A stretch of 64,000 nt of DNA from Roseburia sp. (GCA_014804775.1 JAAUZB010000058.1:15180-79179); one strand, 5' to 3'. Shown: positions 11,681 to 23,197, numbered from the stretch's first letter. Numbers and translations: made by a program. The notes: generated by a model not told the origin, from the sequence alone.

Positions 11681-12107
11681 TTGATACACCGCCTTCTAAA
11701 TCTGCACGCGAAACTACTTTACATTTACAAGGTAATTTATGTGTAGCAAGACGCAACGCTTCTCTCGCAACGTCTTCCGGAACTCCGGAGATTTCAAATA
11801 ATACACGACCTGGTTTTACAACGGCTACCCAGTACTCCAGGGCACCTTTTCCTTTACCCATACGAACACCCATAGGCTTCTGCGTTACAGGCTTCTCCGG
11901 GAAAATCTTGATCCATACTTTACCACCACGTTTAATATGTCTGGTCATGGCAACACGGGCTGCCTCGATCTGATTTGCTTTAATCCAGCAAGGCTCCAGT
12001 GCGACGATACCATACTCACCATAAGTAAGTGTGTTTCCTCTGGTCGCTTTACCGCTCATTGAGCCACGGAACTGCTTACGATGTTTTACTCTTTTTGGCA
12101 TTAACAT
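11670..12107 (-). CDS. rplP: 50S ribosomal protein L16
   Basis: [11 protein letters not shown] start at 12107, RMGKGKG. Confidence 0.99.
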   Translation of the reverse strand: MLMPKRVKHRKQFRGSMSGKATRGNTLTYGEYGIVALEPCWIKANQIEAARVAMTRHIKRGGKVWIKIFPEKPVTQKPMGVRMGKGKGALEYWVAVVKPGRVLFEISGVPEDVAREALRLATHKLPCKCKVVSRADLEGGVSNEN

Positions 12108-12109
12108 AA

Positions 12110-12784
12110 TTACTGAGCCCCTCCTTCCCGGGAAGCCTTCTCTCCCGAATTGCTCTTTGCAGGAAGCACTTCGCCTTTGTAGATCCATACCTTAACGCCA
12201 ACCTTGCCGTAGGTCGTATCTGCCTCTGCGAATCCATAATCAATATCTGCTCTCAATGTCTGAAGCGGAATCGTACCCTCAGAATAGAACTCTGTACGGG
12301 CCATATCAGCTCCGCCAAGACGTCCCGAACAGGAAGTCTTGATTCCCTTTGCGCCGGCCTTCATGGTTCTTCCCATGCAGGATTTCATTGCTCTACGGAA
12401 AGACACACGGTTCTCCAGCTGCAATGCAATATTCTCAGCTACCAGCTGAGCATCACGGTCCGGTCTCTTTACTTCCTTAATGTCTACGATCAATTTCTTA
12501 GATGTGAATTTCTGAACTTCGCCTTTGATCTTCTCAATCTCGGCTCCGCCCTTACCGATCACTACACCCGGCTTTGCCGTGTAGATGATAACCTTTACGC
12601 GGTCAGATGCTCTCTCGATCTCAACCTTGGAAACACCTGCTGCATATAATTTCTTCTTCAGATACGTTCTGATGTTATAGTCTTCCACTAAGAAGTCCGC
12701 AAAATCTGCTTCCGCATACCATTTAGAGTCCCAGTCTTTGATAATGCCGACTCTCAAGCCATGTGGATTAACTTTCTGTCCCAT
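12110..12784 (-). CDS. rpsC: 30S ribosomal protein S3
   Basis: [11 protein letters not shown] start at 12784, [12 protein letters not shown]. Confidence 0.99.
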   Translation of the reverse strand: MGQKVNPHGLRVGIIKDWDSKWYAEADFADFLVEDYNIRTYLKKKLYAAGVSKVEIERASDRVKVIIYTAKPGVVIGKGGAEIEKIKGEVQKFTSKKLIVDIKEVKRPDRDAQLVAENIALQLENRVSFRRAMKSCMGRTMKAGAKGIKTSCSGRLGGADMARTEFYSEGTIPLQTLRADIDYGFAEADTTYGKVGVKVWIYKGEVLPAKSNSGEKASREGGAQ

Positions 12785-12844
12785 AATTACTCCTTTCCTC
12801 TCATACATCACGCTGCTTTTTGCATGATGCTGCAGCACGCACTA

Positions 12845-13231
12845 TTATTTCTCATCCAGCACAATCGTAATGTGGCTCATTCTCTTCTCGATCCTGTATG
12901 CCCTGCCCTGTGCTCTCGGTCTGATTCTCTTCATTGTCGGTCCTTTGTTTGCATAGCACTCCGCAACATAAAGGTTATCCGCTTTCATTCCGTTGTTGTT
13001 CTCAGCATTTGCAATTGCTGACTCCAATAATTTCTTTACTAAGCTTGATGCATATCTCGGATTGTATGTCACAATCGCCAGCGCCGTCTGAACATCCTTT
13101 CCACGGATCGCATCTAATACGAAGCAAGCTTTCTGAACAGACACTCTTGCATAAGATAACTTAGCGGAAGGTCTGGTATCTTTTACTTCATTTCTCTCTC
13201 TCTTAATCTGACTTCTATGTCCCTTAGCCAT
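12845..13231 (-). CDS. rplV: 50S ribosomal protein L22
   Basis: KRIRPRAQGRA...SHITIVL. Confidence 0.99.
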   Translation of the reverse strand: MAKGHRSQIKRERNEVKDTRPSAKLSYARVSVQKACFVLDAIRGKDVQTALAIVTYNPRYASSLVKKLLESAIANAENNNGMKADNLYVAECYANKGPTMKRIRPRAQGRAYRIEKRMSHITIVLDEK

Positions 13232-13260
13232 GGATGAAACCTCCTTTCAAAAAATCTATC

Positions 13261-13542
13261 TTATCTAACGCCTGATTTCTTCTCGTCTTTTCCGTGTCCC
13301 CTGTAAGTTCTTGTTGCAACGAACTCACCGAGTTTGTGTCCAACCATATCCTCTGTCACATATACCGGAACATGCTTTCTTCCGTCATGAACAGCAAATG
13401 TGTGTCCAACAAACTGCGGGAAGATAGTAGAACGACGTGACCATGTCTTAATCACAGATTTCTCACCAGAAGCATTCATAGCGTCTACCTTTTTCAACAG
13501 GCTTTCATCTGCAAATGGTCCTTTTTTTAATGAACGAGCCAT
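13261..13542 (-). CDS. rpsS: 30S ribosomal protein S19
   Basis: [19 protein letters not shown]. Confidence 0.99.
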   Translation of the reverse strand: MARSLKKGPFADESLLKKVDAMNASGEKSVIKTWSRRSTIFPQFVGHTFAVHDGRKHVPVYVTEDMVGHKLGEFVATRTYRGHGKDEKKSGVR

Positions 13543-13742
13543 AATTTACCTCCTAATATGATAAGTCCTTTACACACACCCGTGTGTTTCATAGAACTTC
13601 AAACATCTTTATCACTATAACAGAATCCGTCAAGAAAAACAATACCCAAATTTGGAATTGCTTTTCTATCCGGATTGCATTTCGGCACGCGGAGAATTGC
13701 CTGTGGCAATTCCCGAGCGTTAAAGTAACCTGCAAAAGCAGA

Positions 13743-14588
13743 TTACTTTAACGCTCTGCCATCCCGTCTTCTTACAATAAGCTTATTGGAAGCCTTGTTC
13801 TTCTTTCTTGTCTTAAGACCAAGAGCAGGCTTGCCCCAAGGTGTAGAAGGACCCGGACGTCCGATCGGCGCACGTCCCTCACCACCACCATGCGGATGGT
13901 CATTCGGGTTCATAACAGATCCGCGAACCGTCGGGCGAATACCCATATGACGTTTCCGTCCTGCTTTACCGATATTGATCAGGTTATGGTCACCGTTGCC
14001 AACCACGCCAATGGTTGCGCGGCAGTTCAGCGGAACCATACGCATCTCACCGGACGGCAGTCTCAGTGTCGCGTATTTGCCTTCTTTTGCCATCAACTGA
14101 GCGCTCATTCCTGCCGAGCGAACCAGCTGTCCACCCTTGCCTGCATACAGCTCAATGTTGTGAACCTGAGTACCTACCGGGATCTTCTCCAATGGCAGGC
14201 AGTTTCCAACTCTCACCTCTGCATCTGCGCCGCTCATAACGGTCATTCCGTCTGTCAGCCCCTGAGGTGCCAGGATATAAGCTTTCTCACCGTCTGCATA
14301 GCAGATCAGTGCGATGTTAGCTGTTCTATTCGGATCGTACTCGATACCGATTACTTTTGCCGGAATTCCATCCTTGCTGTTTCTCTTAAAATCGATCAGT
14401 CTGTATTTTCTTCTGTTTCCACCGCCATGGTGTCTGACAGTGATCTTACCCTGATTGTTACGACCGGCATTCTTCTTCAAAGAAGTGGTAAGTGATTTTT
14501 CCGGAGTTGTCTTCGTAATCTCGGAGAAATCAGAGCCAGTCATATTTCTTCTGGAAGGTGTATATGGGTTATATGTCTTGATTCCCAT
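13743..14588 (-). CDS. rplB: 50S ribosomal protein L2
   Basis: [22 protein letters not shown]. Confidence 0.99.
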   Translation of the reverse strand: MGIKTYNPYTPSRRNMTGSDFSEITKTTPEKSLTTSLKKNAGRNNQGKITVRHHGGGNRRKYRLIDFKRNSKDGIPAKVIGIEYDPNRTANIALICYADGEKAYILAPQGLTDGMTVMSGADAEVRVGNCLPLEKIPVGTQVHNIELYAGKGGQLVRSAGMSAQLMAKEGKYATLRLPSGEMRMVPLNCRATIGVVGNGDHNLINIGKAGRKRHMGIRPTVRGSVMNPNDHPHGGGEGRAPIGRPGPSTPWGKPALGLKTRKKNKASNKLIVRRRDGRALK

Positions 14589-14653
14589 TGTTGTTCTCCT
14601 TTCGTTGCTGTTTATTATCGCACTTCACCTGTGCTTAGTTGTTTCTTTTCATC

Positions 14654-14953
14654 CTACAGACCCGTGAAAATTTCAATGTCTTTGCTGTCCTCTGTCAGCT
14701 GAACGATAGCTTTCTTGGTCTTGGCAGTCTTTCCGATCACCATGCCGCGTCTCTTTTTCTTTCCATCCATATTCATGGTGTTGACGCTGGCAACCTTAGC
14801 TCCCTCGAACATTTTCTCTACTGCTTCTTTGATCATGGTCTTGTTTGCTTCCGGATGAACAAGAAATGTGTATTTCTTCTCCGCCATCGCCGCCATGCTC
14901 TTCTCAGTCACTACCGGTTTGAGGATTACATCATAGTACTGTACGTTTGCCAT
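14654..14953 (-). CDS. rplW: 50S ribosomal protein L23
   Basis: PVVTEKS, KKAIVQL. Confidence 0.98.
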   Translation of the reverse strand: MANVQYYDVILKPVVTEKSMAAMAEKKYTFLVHPEANKTMIKEAVEKMFEGAKVASVNTMNMDGKKKRRGMVIGKTAKTKKAIVQLTEDSKDIEIFTGL

Positions 14954-15573
14954 TATGCATACACCTCCTCGATTACCTTCACAGCATCCTTTGTCACAAC
15001 GACCGTATCGTATTTCAATACATCAAACACGTTAAGCTCATTGGTCTGAGCCGTTTTAACAGTCGGGATGTTGTTTGCAGATTTAATCACATTTACATCA
15101 AGGTCATTCAGCACAACAAGCGCTTTCTCAACTTTCAGGTTATTCATGACCTCAACAAACTTCTTCGTCTTAATTGCATCAAGTTTTAACTCGTCTACAA
15201 CGATAAACTTGCTCTCGTTCACTCTGGAAGTCAGAGCGGACTTTAACGCTGCTCTCTTCTCCTTTTTGTTGAGCTTGAACGAATAGTCTCTGGGCACCGG
15301 AGCAAATACCACGCCGCCGTGTGTCCACTGCGGAGATCTCGTTGAACCCTGTCTTGCATGTCCGGTTCCTTTCTGTCTCCACGGTTTTCTACCACCGCCG
15401 CGCACTTCAGAACGTGTCTTTGCCTTCTGAGTTCCCTGACGGTTGTTTGCAAGCTGCTGAAGCACTGCCATGTGTACTAAATGCTCATTTATTTCCACAC
15501 CGAAAATAGCATCGTTTAATTCCATGGTCTCAACTTCTTTGCCTTCCATATTATAAACAGCTACCTTAGCCAT
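14953..15573 (-). CDS. rplD: 50S ribosomal protein L4
   Basis: [15 protein letters not shown]. Confidence 0.99.
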   Translation of the reverse strand: MAKVAVYNMEGKEVETMELNDAIFGVEINEHLVHMAVLQQLANNRQGTQKAKTRSEVRGGGRKPWRQKGTGHARQGSTRSPQWTHGGVVFAPVPRDYSFKLNKKEKRAALKSALTSRVNESKFIVVDELKLDAIKTKKFVEVMNNLKVEKALVVLNDLDVNVIKSANNIPTVKTAQTNELNVFDVLKYDTVVVTKDAVKVIEEVYA

Positions 15574-15603
15574 CGTTTAGTTCCTCCTTTCCTATACCAA
15601 GCA

Positions 15604-16287
15604 CTATTTACCTGCTTTTACGGTTTCTTTGATTGTTACCAAGCACTTCTTTGCTCCTGGCACCGCACCCTTCACTAAGAGCAGGTTATTCTCAGCGTCA
15701 ACTTTTACAACCTCAAGGTTCTGGGTTGTAACCTTTACGCTTCCCATATGTCCGGGCATTCCCTTGCCTTTGAACACACGGCTCGGAGAAGAACATGCAC
15801 CGTTGGAACCCTGATGACGGTGGAATTTGGAACCGTGAGCCATAGGTCCTCTATGCTGTCCCAATCTCTTAATAGCGCCCTGGAATCCCTTTCCTTTGGA
15901 GATTGCTGTCGCATCGATCTTATCACCTTCTGCAAAGATGTCTGCTTTGATCACATCTCCAAGATTGTACTCTCCGGCATTTTCGAATTTGAATTCTCTC
16001 ACATAACGTTTACCAGATACACCGGCTTTTGCAAAGTGTCCCATCTGAGCCTTATTTACGCCGTGTCTGTTTCTGATTTCCTTCTTACCGTTTGCATCCT
16101 TGTTGACAACTCTTTCTTTCTTGTCAGCAAATGCAACCTGTACCGCGCTGTATCCGTCGTTTTCCACAGTCTTAATCTGTGTTACGGAGCACGGACCTGC
16201 TTCCAATACAGTAACCGGCACCAATACGCCGTCTGCATTGAAGATCTGAGTCATTCCGACTTTTGTTGCTAAAATCGCTTTCTTCAT
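15604..16287 (-). CDS. rplC: 50S ribosomal protein L3
   Basis: [16 protein letters not shown], start ATG 16287 with GGAGG. Confidence 0.99.
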   Translation of the reverse strand: MKKAILATKVGMTQIFNADGVLVPVTVLEAGPCSVTQIKTVENDGYSAVQVAFADKKERVVNKDANGKKEIRNRHGVNKAQMGHFAKAGVSGKRYVREFKFENAGEYNLGDVIKADIFAEGDKIDATAISKGKGFQGAIKRLGQHRGPMAHGSKFHRHQGSNGACSSPSRVFKGKGMPGHMGSVKVTTQNLEVVKVDAENNLLLVKGAVPGAKKCLVTIKETVKAGK

Positions 16288-16464
16288 ACTTTTCCCTCCT
16301 GTTTTCTCTACAGCGGAACGCTTCTTGCCCAATCCATGGGGGTAGCGGAACCGTTCATCCTAGAAAGTCCATATAAGTGGAATGCGGAGTTTTGATTCTT
16401 TGCATTACTTCTATATTAAACCCTTCAGGATATTTTGACTTGATCGTCCAAGACAAAAAACTTA

Positions 16465-16510
16465 TTATTTGTTTTTCATCGGGATGAAAAACGTTTATTT
16501 GTTTTTCATC
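16465..16510. repeat. 16-bp direct repeat of the rpsJ 3' end flanking an inverted copy
   Basis: TTATTTGTTTTTCATC at 16465-16480 and 16495-16510, with GATGAAAAAC (reverse complement of GTTTTTCATC) between them. Confidence 0.9.
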
Positions 16511-16812
16511 TTAATATCGATATAAACACCTGCCGGCATCTCCAGACGGGACAATGCATCTACCGTCTTCTGGGTCGGTGTAACGATATCAATGAGTCTC
16601 TTATGAGTTCTCTGCTCAAACTGTTCACGGGAATCCTTATACTTGTGAGTTGCTCTCAGGATCGTAACTACTTCTTTTTTTGTCGGAAGAGGTACTGGTC
16701 CGCTCACCTGTGATCCGTTTTTCTTAACAGTTTCGATGATTTTCTGTGCTGATGAATCAACCAGTTTGTGATCATAAGCCTTCAGAGTGATTCTCATTAC
16801 TTGACTTGCCAT
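16495..16812 (-). CDS. rpsJ: 30S ribosomal protein S10
   Basis: [22 protein letters not shown]. Confidence 0.99.
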   Translation of the reverse strand: MASQVMRITLKAYDHKLVDSSAQKIIETVKKNGSQVSGPVPLPTKKEVVTILRATHKYKDSREQFEQRTHKRLIDIVTPTQKTVDALSRLEMPAGVYIDIKMKNK

Positions 16813-17062
16813 AAAAAAAGCCGCCTCCTTTTCGCACTATTACGTACGACAAGCGGTGACTGTACACATTCCCGTGTGTATCATGAATGAATCATCCATG
16901 AAAAGCATGGCTCTCACACGTTCATTTCTACCTTTTGTAGACCTTATTCGTGATACAGTGACTTGTCGCCAGTTTCTTAACTTGACATTCGCTCCACGGA
17001 AAACCTGCTATTTTCAAGCAGCAACCTCACGCTTCTACGCTATCAATGTCACAGCAATGCTT

Positions 17063-17091
17063 AGTATAGCCGATGTTTCCTTCAATTGCAA
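17063..17091 (-). promoter_or_regulatory. sigma-A promoter of the S10 operon, followed by a ~240-nt leader
   Basis: Minus strand TTGCAA-17bp-TATACT. Confidence 0.75.
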
Positions 17092-17100
17092 GTACTTTTT

Positions 17101-19287
17101 TCATTTTTTCATTTTTTTATCTACCATATTATAGATCAAACTGATCGCAAAACACAAAACGCCGCTCAGGAAAAAGCCCACCGTCCTCATCAATGAGTTG
17201 CCATAGTGTATATCGATCAGTATCAGCTTGATCATGCTCACAAAAGCCAGTACCAAACCGTAAATCCTGGTTGTTTTGAAACTCTGCTGCCATTTTCTCT
17301 CCACCAGAAAGCCCAACGAAATACATACCAGCGCAATGATCAAAATTGCCAGACTGACCGTAAAATCCGGCAGTTCATAGGACCTAAGTGTCTCAATAAT
17401 AAAGAACATGATTTTTGTTGCCACATAGATGCCCGGCCATGTAGTGTGATATTTTTTCAGCAGGTTATAGGAATTGGCCATAAAGGCAACCCCTCCCAGA
17501 AGGACCGCCAGCACATGAAGCCACATCATTGTCGCGGCTTCCATGCAATAGAACGCCAGCCACATCAGTGCAATCTGAACCGCTCCCGTTTCAATCAGAA
17601 ATTCACGTTCGTTTTCGCCCGTCTTTATACTTTTGTACAGCACAGGAACCTTCATCATTACAATATTGACCGCCGCCAGAACCGCAAGTACAATGATCCA
17701 TCTCAGCACAATCGGCTCTACTGCAAGTTCTCTCATGATCCGAACGGCATCTTCTGTCAGCAGGATCAAAAATATCGGATATGCAGCCATCTTCATCCAT
17801 GTCAGATACTGATCCCTAAAGCGGCCAAACAGCCAGACCGCGCACGCCGCCAGGCAAAGCCCCCATGCCAAATGCAGGTAACAGTTCATAGGGACGATCA
17901 CAAACAGAACCGTATATCCCGCCCCCGCTACCTTATATAAGGTATCTTTTCTGAAAAATCCATAGACGAGACAAACTGTCGCGAACAAAAAGACAGACAT
18001 ATGTTCACGCAGCCATGGCATCTGCATAATTGTGCCAAAAACCAGCAGAAAAAGTACACATTGTAAGATCATTTTCCCTACATGTCCCGCCTTTGCGATC
18101 CGCAGTTCAAGCGTCACAAGAAGTACCGTCACGACAATCAGCGCGGCAAAGTACATCTCAAACCGGCGGCAGAATGCTGTATATGCAATCAGAAGATAGA
18201 TAGAGTTAAAAACTCCGAATGCGGTCGTTTTTCCCTCTTCTGTCTGCAATATTGTCATGCTGCACAAGATTAAAATGCCGCATATAACCACAAGTATAAC
18301 ACTGGAAACCGTCCCCGGCACCGTTCCATTCATATAGCGGGCATTTACCCCCAGTATCAGTAGTGCCATGCTCACAGACCACGATATGTGGTTAATTAAA
18401 TTTTGATTATATTTTCTCTCGAAGTGTGATACGTAAAATACCGACTCAGAGAGCACACTGTAAATCACCAGAAACAGCAGTTTCTGCTCATCACTGGTCG
18501 CACCGCAAAGACAGACTCCCAGCAGTATTGACATCACAACGCCGATCTGCCCAATGATCAAAAAAATGCCCGAGCGCAGCCTTGACAGCACGCATATCAC
18601 AACACCCCACAAGAAAATGCATACGTACAGTGTCATATCACTTATCGCTTTGAAATAGAAGCAGCTCATAAACAGGGATATGTAGAGAGCTCCCACCCCG
18701 CATCCCGCAAGGGACAAATACCATTTGTTATCCTTGTTCTTTCCCAAAAGCAGAATTCCTGTCACTGCGAAAGCCAGGCTGACCGCATACATCAGCACCA
18801 TTTTTACCGTATTGTTCAAATATGGCAGGATCAGAACCGCGAAAGAAATAAGGCTGATAAAAATAAGCAGGGACGCACAGATTCCCATTACAGATTTTCC
18901 GATCGTCTTTTCCAGATCTGCATTTTGCCGGGGCTGCATCTGAGGCTGCGGCTGCGGCATCGGTCCGGGACGCATCGATCCTTGCTCCTGCGGCATCGGC
19001 GCCGGTCCATGCGCCGTCATCGCCGGCTGAGGTTGAGGCGGTGCCTGCCAGTTTGGCATCATCTGCGGCGCATTCTGCGCTGCAGTCTGCGCTGCATACC
19101 CTGTCTGCGCCGCATTCCGCAGCATCGCAGTCTGCTTAGCCATAAAATCAATATCCCGCTGCAATTCTTCTATTTTCATCCTGACCATTGCATCCGTGTT
19201 TCCCGCTGAGCATTCCGCGATCAGATCATTCAGCAGTTTGCGGTCCTGCAGCAACCGATTTTCATATGCAATCACTTTATCCAACAT
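17101..19287 (-). CDS. DUF2339-like polytopic membrane protein with a Pro/Gln-rich N-terminal linker
   Basis: LEKTIGKSVMGI..SLLIFISL motif after a P/Q-rich stretch; many TM helices; start moved to ATG 19287 (GAGGG RBS). Confidence 0.7.
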   Translation of the reverse strand: MLDKVIAYENRLLQDRKLLNDLIAECSAGNTDAMVRMKIEELQRDIDFMAKQTAMLRNAAQTGYAAQTAAQNAPQMMPNWQAPPQPQPAMTAHGPAPMPQEQGSMRPGPMPQPQPQMQPRQNADLEKTIGKSVMGICASLLIFISLISFAVLILPYLNNTVKMVLMYAVSLAFAVTGILLLGKNKDNKWYLSLAGCGVGALYISLFMSCFYFKAISDMTLYVCIFLWGVVICVLSRLRSGIFLIIGQIGVVMSILLGVCLCGATSDEQKLLFLVIYSVLSESVFYVSHFERKYNQNLINHISWSVSMALLILGVNARYMNGTVPGTVSSVILVVICGILILCSMTILQTEEGKTTAFGVFNSIYLLIAYTAFCRRFEMYFAALIVVTVLLVTLELRIAKAGHVGKMILQCVLFLLVFGTIMQMPWLREHMSVFLFATVCLVYGFFRKDTLYKVAGAGYTVLFVIVPMNCYLHLAWGLCLAACAVWLFGRFRDQYLTWMKMAAYPIFLILLTEDAVRIMRELAVEPIVLRWIIVLAVLAAVNIVMMKVPVLYKSIKTGENEREFLIETGAVQIALMWLAFYCMEAATMMWLHVLAVLLGGVAFMANSYNLLKKYHTTWPGIYVATKIMFFIIETLRSYELPDFTVSLAILIIALVCISLGFLVERKWQQSFKTTRIYGLVLAFVSMIKLILIDIHYGNSLMRTVGFFLSGVLCFAISLIYNMVDKKMKK

Positions 19288-19507
19288 AACCGTATTCCCT
19301 CTCTTAGTAGAAATCCCCCGTTGCCCATCAAAATGCTGCGTTATATTTTCTGACATTATAACAATATTACACAGGAAATACAATGCCGGCTATTTTGTTT
19401 GCTTCCTCCTTGAAATTTTTCCCACATTCTGCGGTTCCTGTGATATAATGTTCTCGTACAAAATTTCAGATCTTATTGACTCTTGGAGAAAAGGCAGGAT
19501 CATTTAT

Positions 19508-20866
19508 ATGAACATTATCATCGTCGGCTGCGGCAAGGTCGGTTATACCCTTGTAGAACAGCTGAGCAACGAGAATCACAGTATTGTAGTGATCGACGAA
19601 CGTGCAGAAAAACTTTCTTTCATCTCAGACAATCTGGATGTCATGAGCATCGTCGGCAACGGAATGAGCCATCAGGTCCTTTTGGAGGCAGGAATCGCCA
19701 CCGCCGATCTTTTGATCGCAGTGACCGGGGACGACGAAAAAAATCTTCTTTGCTGCGTGATCGCCCGTAAATCCGGGCACTGCCAGACAATCGCACGCAT
19801 CCGCAATCCCATTTACAACAAAGAGACCGATTTCTTAAAGAAAGAGTTCGGGCTTGCTATGATCATCAACCCAGAGCTGGCTGCTGCAGGTGAAATCGCA
19901 CGCATTTTTCAATTTCCCTCGGCGATCCGGGTAGACTCATTTGCAAAGGGGCACGCGGATCTTCTTTACTTTAAAGTGACAGCTAATTCACCGCTGATCG
20001 GCGTAAAGCTTCGCGACTTTCATCAGACAGTGCACGCCAATGTTCTGGTATGCACTGTGATACGCGGGGAAGATGTCATCATTCCAAACGGTAATTATGA
20101 ATTTCAGGTAAACGATGTTGTCGGGTTTGCTTCAGAGCGACGCGATGCCATTGATTTCATTCGAAAGATCGGCATTGCAAAGAAGCGCGTCGGAAATGCA
20201 ATCCTTGCAGGCGGCGGCAAAATTTCCTTTTATCTTGCCCAGTCCCTGATCCAGTCCGGCATCAAAGTTACAATCATCGAGGTCAACCATGACAGATGTG
20301 AGCAATTGTGTGAACTGCTGCCGACTGCTACGATCATTTGCGGTGATGCCACCGACCAGTCACTCTTACTGCAGGAAGGTCTCGAACATGCCCACGGCTT
20401 TGCCGCCCTGACCGATCTTGACGAAGAGAACATTCTGTTGTCTCTTTACGCAAATGATGTCTCCAACGCCAAAACAGTGACGAAGATCAACAGGATCAGC
20501 TTCAATTCCACCATCAACGAGTTGAATTTGGGAAGCGTCATTTATCCGCGTATTATTACGGCAGAATATATTTTAAAATACGTGCGTTCCACGAACCACT
20601 CGAAAGACAGCAACGTGGAAAAACTATACAAACTTGCCAATGGAAAAGCGGAAGCTCTGGAGTTTCTGATCAAAGCGGATTCCAACATTACGGGCATTCC
20701 GCTTGCAAAACTGCATTTCCGCAAAAACACACTGATCTGCTGCATTTATCGACAGAAAAAGGTCATTATTCCCAGCGGTCAGGATATTATGATGCCCGGC
20801 GACTCTGTTCTTGTGGTACTCTCCGGCTATCGTGTTTCCGATATCAAAGAAATTCTGGAGGATTAG
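19508..20866 (+). CDS. trkA: Trk K+ uptake NAD-binding subunit
   Basis: MNIIIVGCGKVG and a second AGGGKIS Rossmann motif; tandem RCK domains. Confidence 0.95.
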   Translation: MNIIIVGCGKVGYTLVEQLSNENHSIVVIDERAEKLSFISDNLDVMSIVGNGMSHQVLLEAGIATADLLIAVTGDDEKNLLCCVIARKSGHCQTIARIRNPIYNKETDFLKKEFGLAMIINPELAAAGEIARIFQFPSAIRVDSFAKGHADLLYFKVTANSPLIGVKLRDFHQTVHANVLVCTVIRGEDVIIPNGNYEFQVNDVVGFASERRDAIDFIRKIGIAKKRVGNAILAGGGKISFYLAQSLIQSGIKVTIIEVNHDRCEQLCELLPTATIICGDATDQSLLLQEGLEHAHGFAALTDLDEENILLSLYANDVSNAKTVTKINRISFNSTINELNLGSVIYPRIITAEYILKYVRSTNHSKDSNVEKLYKLANGKAEALEFLIKADSNITGIPLAKLHFRKNTLICCIYRQKKVIIPSGQDIMMPGDSVLVVLSGYRVSDIKEILED

Positions 20867-20872
20867 TCTGCG

Positions 20873-22312
20873 ATGAACTACTGGATTATTCTTTATATTC
20901 TGGGCTGTGTCTTAAAATTTGAGGGGGCATTTTTGGTACTTCCGTTTTTGGTCGGCGTAATATATCGGGAGAATATTGCTCCCTGTTACCTTCTGGTTGC
21001 GGCGCTGTGCTTTTTATTGGGTCTACTCCTGACGCGCCGGAAACCGAAGTCTGCACGCCTTTATATAAGAGAAGGTTTTGTCTCGGTGGCATTCAGCTGG
21101 ATTTTTATGAGTATTTTTGGCGCTATTCCCTTTGTGCTCACCGGAGAAATCCCCTTTTATATAGATGCGCTTTTTGAAACAATATCCGGTTTTACCACGA
21201 CCGGGGCAAGTATTCTGACTGATGTAGAGTCGCTTTCTCGCGCCAGTCTGTTTTGGCGGAGTTTTACCCACTGGGTCGGCGGCATGGGCGTTCTTGTTTT
21301 CATCATGTCTCTTCTCCCTCTGATGGGCGGATCTACCATGAATCTGATGAAAGCAGAAAGCACCGGACCGTCTGTCAGCAAGCTGGTACCTCACGCAAGA
21401 GATACCGCCAAAATTCTGTACGGCATTTATTTTGCGCTGACCGTTTTCGAAATTATTCTGCTTCTCGTGTTTCGAATGCCTCTATTCGACGCTCTGACTA
21501 CCAGTTTCGGAACGACAGGCACCGGCGGTTTCGGCATCAAATGTGACAGTTTCGCCAGCTATTCTCCCGCCCAGCAGAACATTGTTACTGTATTTATGAT
21601 TTTAAGCGGGGTCAACTACACAGCATATTTTTATCTTCTGCACGGAAAAATAAAAGACATTTTCCATTTAGAGGAAGTACGCTGGTATTTCATCATTATT
21701 CTGGCATCTGCCGGGGTCATTGCATGTAATACAAGACAGTTCTATCCAGCAATCGGCGAGACGCTGCGTCACGCTTTTTTTCAGGTGGGCTCCATCATCA
21801 CGACCACCGGATTCGCGACAACTGATTTTGATCTTTGGCCCGAGCTGTCAAAATCCATTCTGGTCCTCCTCATGTTCGTCGGTGCCTGCGCCGGCAGTAC
21901 CGGCGGCGGAATGAAGGTTTCCAGGCTTCTGATTTTGTTTAAATCCGCGCGAAAGGAGCTGTCTCTTTTGATCCATCCGCAACAGGTCAAGAAAATCCGT
22001 CTGAACGGGCGCGTGATCGAGCATGAGGTCATCCGCTCAACCAACGTTTTTCTTGTGCTTTATTTTATTATCATGATGCTCTCCATGCTTTTGGTCAGCA
22101 TCGACTCCTATAATTTTACCACCGGATTTACCTCTGTTGTCGCCACGTTAAACAACATCGGTCCCGGGTTGGATCTGGTCGGACCTACGCAGAATTTTTC
22201 TATTTTTTCTGCTTTTTCAAAAATTGTTTTAATATTTGACATGCTGGCCGGAAGGCTGGAACTGTTTCCGCTTATGATACTCATAATGCCTGACACTTGG
22301 AAACACAAATAA
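20873..22312 (+). CDS. trkH: Trk K+ uptake membrane subunit
   Basis: FETISGFTTTG, TTTGF, GACAGSTGGG, GRLE. Confidence 0.96.
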   Translation: MNYWIILYILGCVLKFEGAFLVLPFLVGVIYRENIAPCYLLVAALCFLLGLLLTRRKPKSARLYIREGFVSVAFSWIFMSIFGAIPFVLTGEIPFYIDALFETISGFTTTGASILTDVESLSRASLFWRSFTHWVGGMGVLVFIMSLLPLMGGSTMNLMKAESTGPSVSKLVPHARDTAKILYGIYFALTVFEIILLLVFRMPLFDALTTSFGTTGTGGFGIKCDSFASYSPAQQNIVTVFMILSGVNYTAYFYLLHGKIKDIFHLEEVRWYFIIILASAGVIACNTRQFYPAIGETLRHAFFQVGSIITTTGFATTDFDLWPELSKSILVLLMFVGACAGSTGGGMKVSRLLILFKSARKELSLLIHPQQVKKIRLNGRVIEHEVIRSTNVFLVLYFIIMMLSMLLVSIDSYNFTTGFTSVVATLNNIGPGLDLVGPTQNFSIFSAFSKIVLIFDMLAGRLELFPLMILIMPDTWKHK

Positions 22313-22339
22313 TACCCCTGTTTAAAGAAAGGATTTGCT

Positions 22340-23197
22340 ATGTGGATTGCTGCTAATTGGAAAGATTATGAGGTGATAGACTGCTCCCTGGGCGAAAAGC
22401 TGGAACGCTGGGGGGATTATATTCTTGTACGTCCCGATCCTCAGGTCATCTGGGACACACCGAAAGATGCGGCGGGCTGGCGCAAGAGAAATGCCCACTA
22501 TCATCGCAGTTCAAAGGGCGGCGGTGAATGGGAGTTTTTTGATCTGCCCGAACAATGGCAAATACATTATGGCAGTCTCACCTTTCACCTAAAGCCATTC
22601 CGTTTCAAGCATACCGGGCTTTTTCCGGAACAGGCGGTAAATTGGGATTGGTTCTCAGACAAGATAAGAAAAGCCGGACGTCCGGTTAAAGTTTTAAATC
22701 TTTTTGCGTATACCGGCGGAGCAACATTGGCTGCCGCCGCTGCGGGCGCCTCGGTGACTCATGTAGACGCTTCGAAGGGTATGGTGACGTGGGCGAAAGA
22801 AAATGCGACCGCATCCGGGCTTAGCGATGCTCCCATCCGTTGGATCGTAGATGACTGCGTTAAGTTTGCAGAACGGGAAATCCGGCGTCAGAAACACTAC
22901 GATGCGATCATCATGGACCCGCCTTCCTACGGCAGAGGACCCAAGGGTGAAATCTGGAAGATCGAGGACGCAATTTACCCGCTCATTCAGTTATGCGCAG
23001 ATCTTTTGTCCGAAGAGCCGCTGTTCTTTTTGATCAACTCCTATACGACCGGCCTGCAGCCTGCAGTCCTAAGCTATATGATGAATACGGCTCTGCGCAA
23101 ATACCACGGAACCGTTTGTGCCGACGAGATCGGGCTTCCCGTCTCCTCCAACGGGCTTATCCTGCCCTGTGGAGCAAGCGGGAGATTTGAGCTTTAG
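22340..23197 (+). CDS. Class I SAM-dependent methyltransferase (RlmI/RlmK-like)
   Basis: HTGLFPEQ, VLNLFAYTGG, IMDPPSYG. Confidence 0.88.
   Translation: MWIAANWKDYEVIDCSLGEKLERWGDYILVRPDPQVIWDTPKDAAGWRKRNAHYHRSSKGGGEWEFFDLPEQWQIHYGSLTFHLKPFRFKHTGLFPEQAVNWDWFSDKIRKAGRPVKVLNLFAYTGGATLAAAAAGASVTHVDASKGMVTWAKENATASGLSDAPIRWIVDDCVKFAEREIRRQKHYDAIIMDPPSYGRGPKGEIWKIEDAIYPLIQLCADLLSEEPLFFLINSYTTGLQPAVLSYMMNTALRKYHGTVCADEIGLPVSSNGLILPCGASGRFEL

Noticed and set aside
182-17134. Many + strand ORFs across the ribosomal operon (e.g. 13890-14495, 15748-16272)
   Set aside because: Antisense shadows of conserved minus-strand genes; no RBS or motifs.
19196-19507. 104-aa N-terminal extension of TrkA in the ORF track
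   Set aside because: Overlaps the divergent gene and promoter region; the real start is MNIIIVGCG at 19508.
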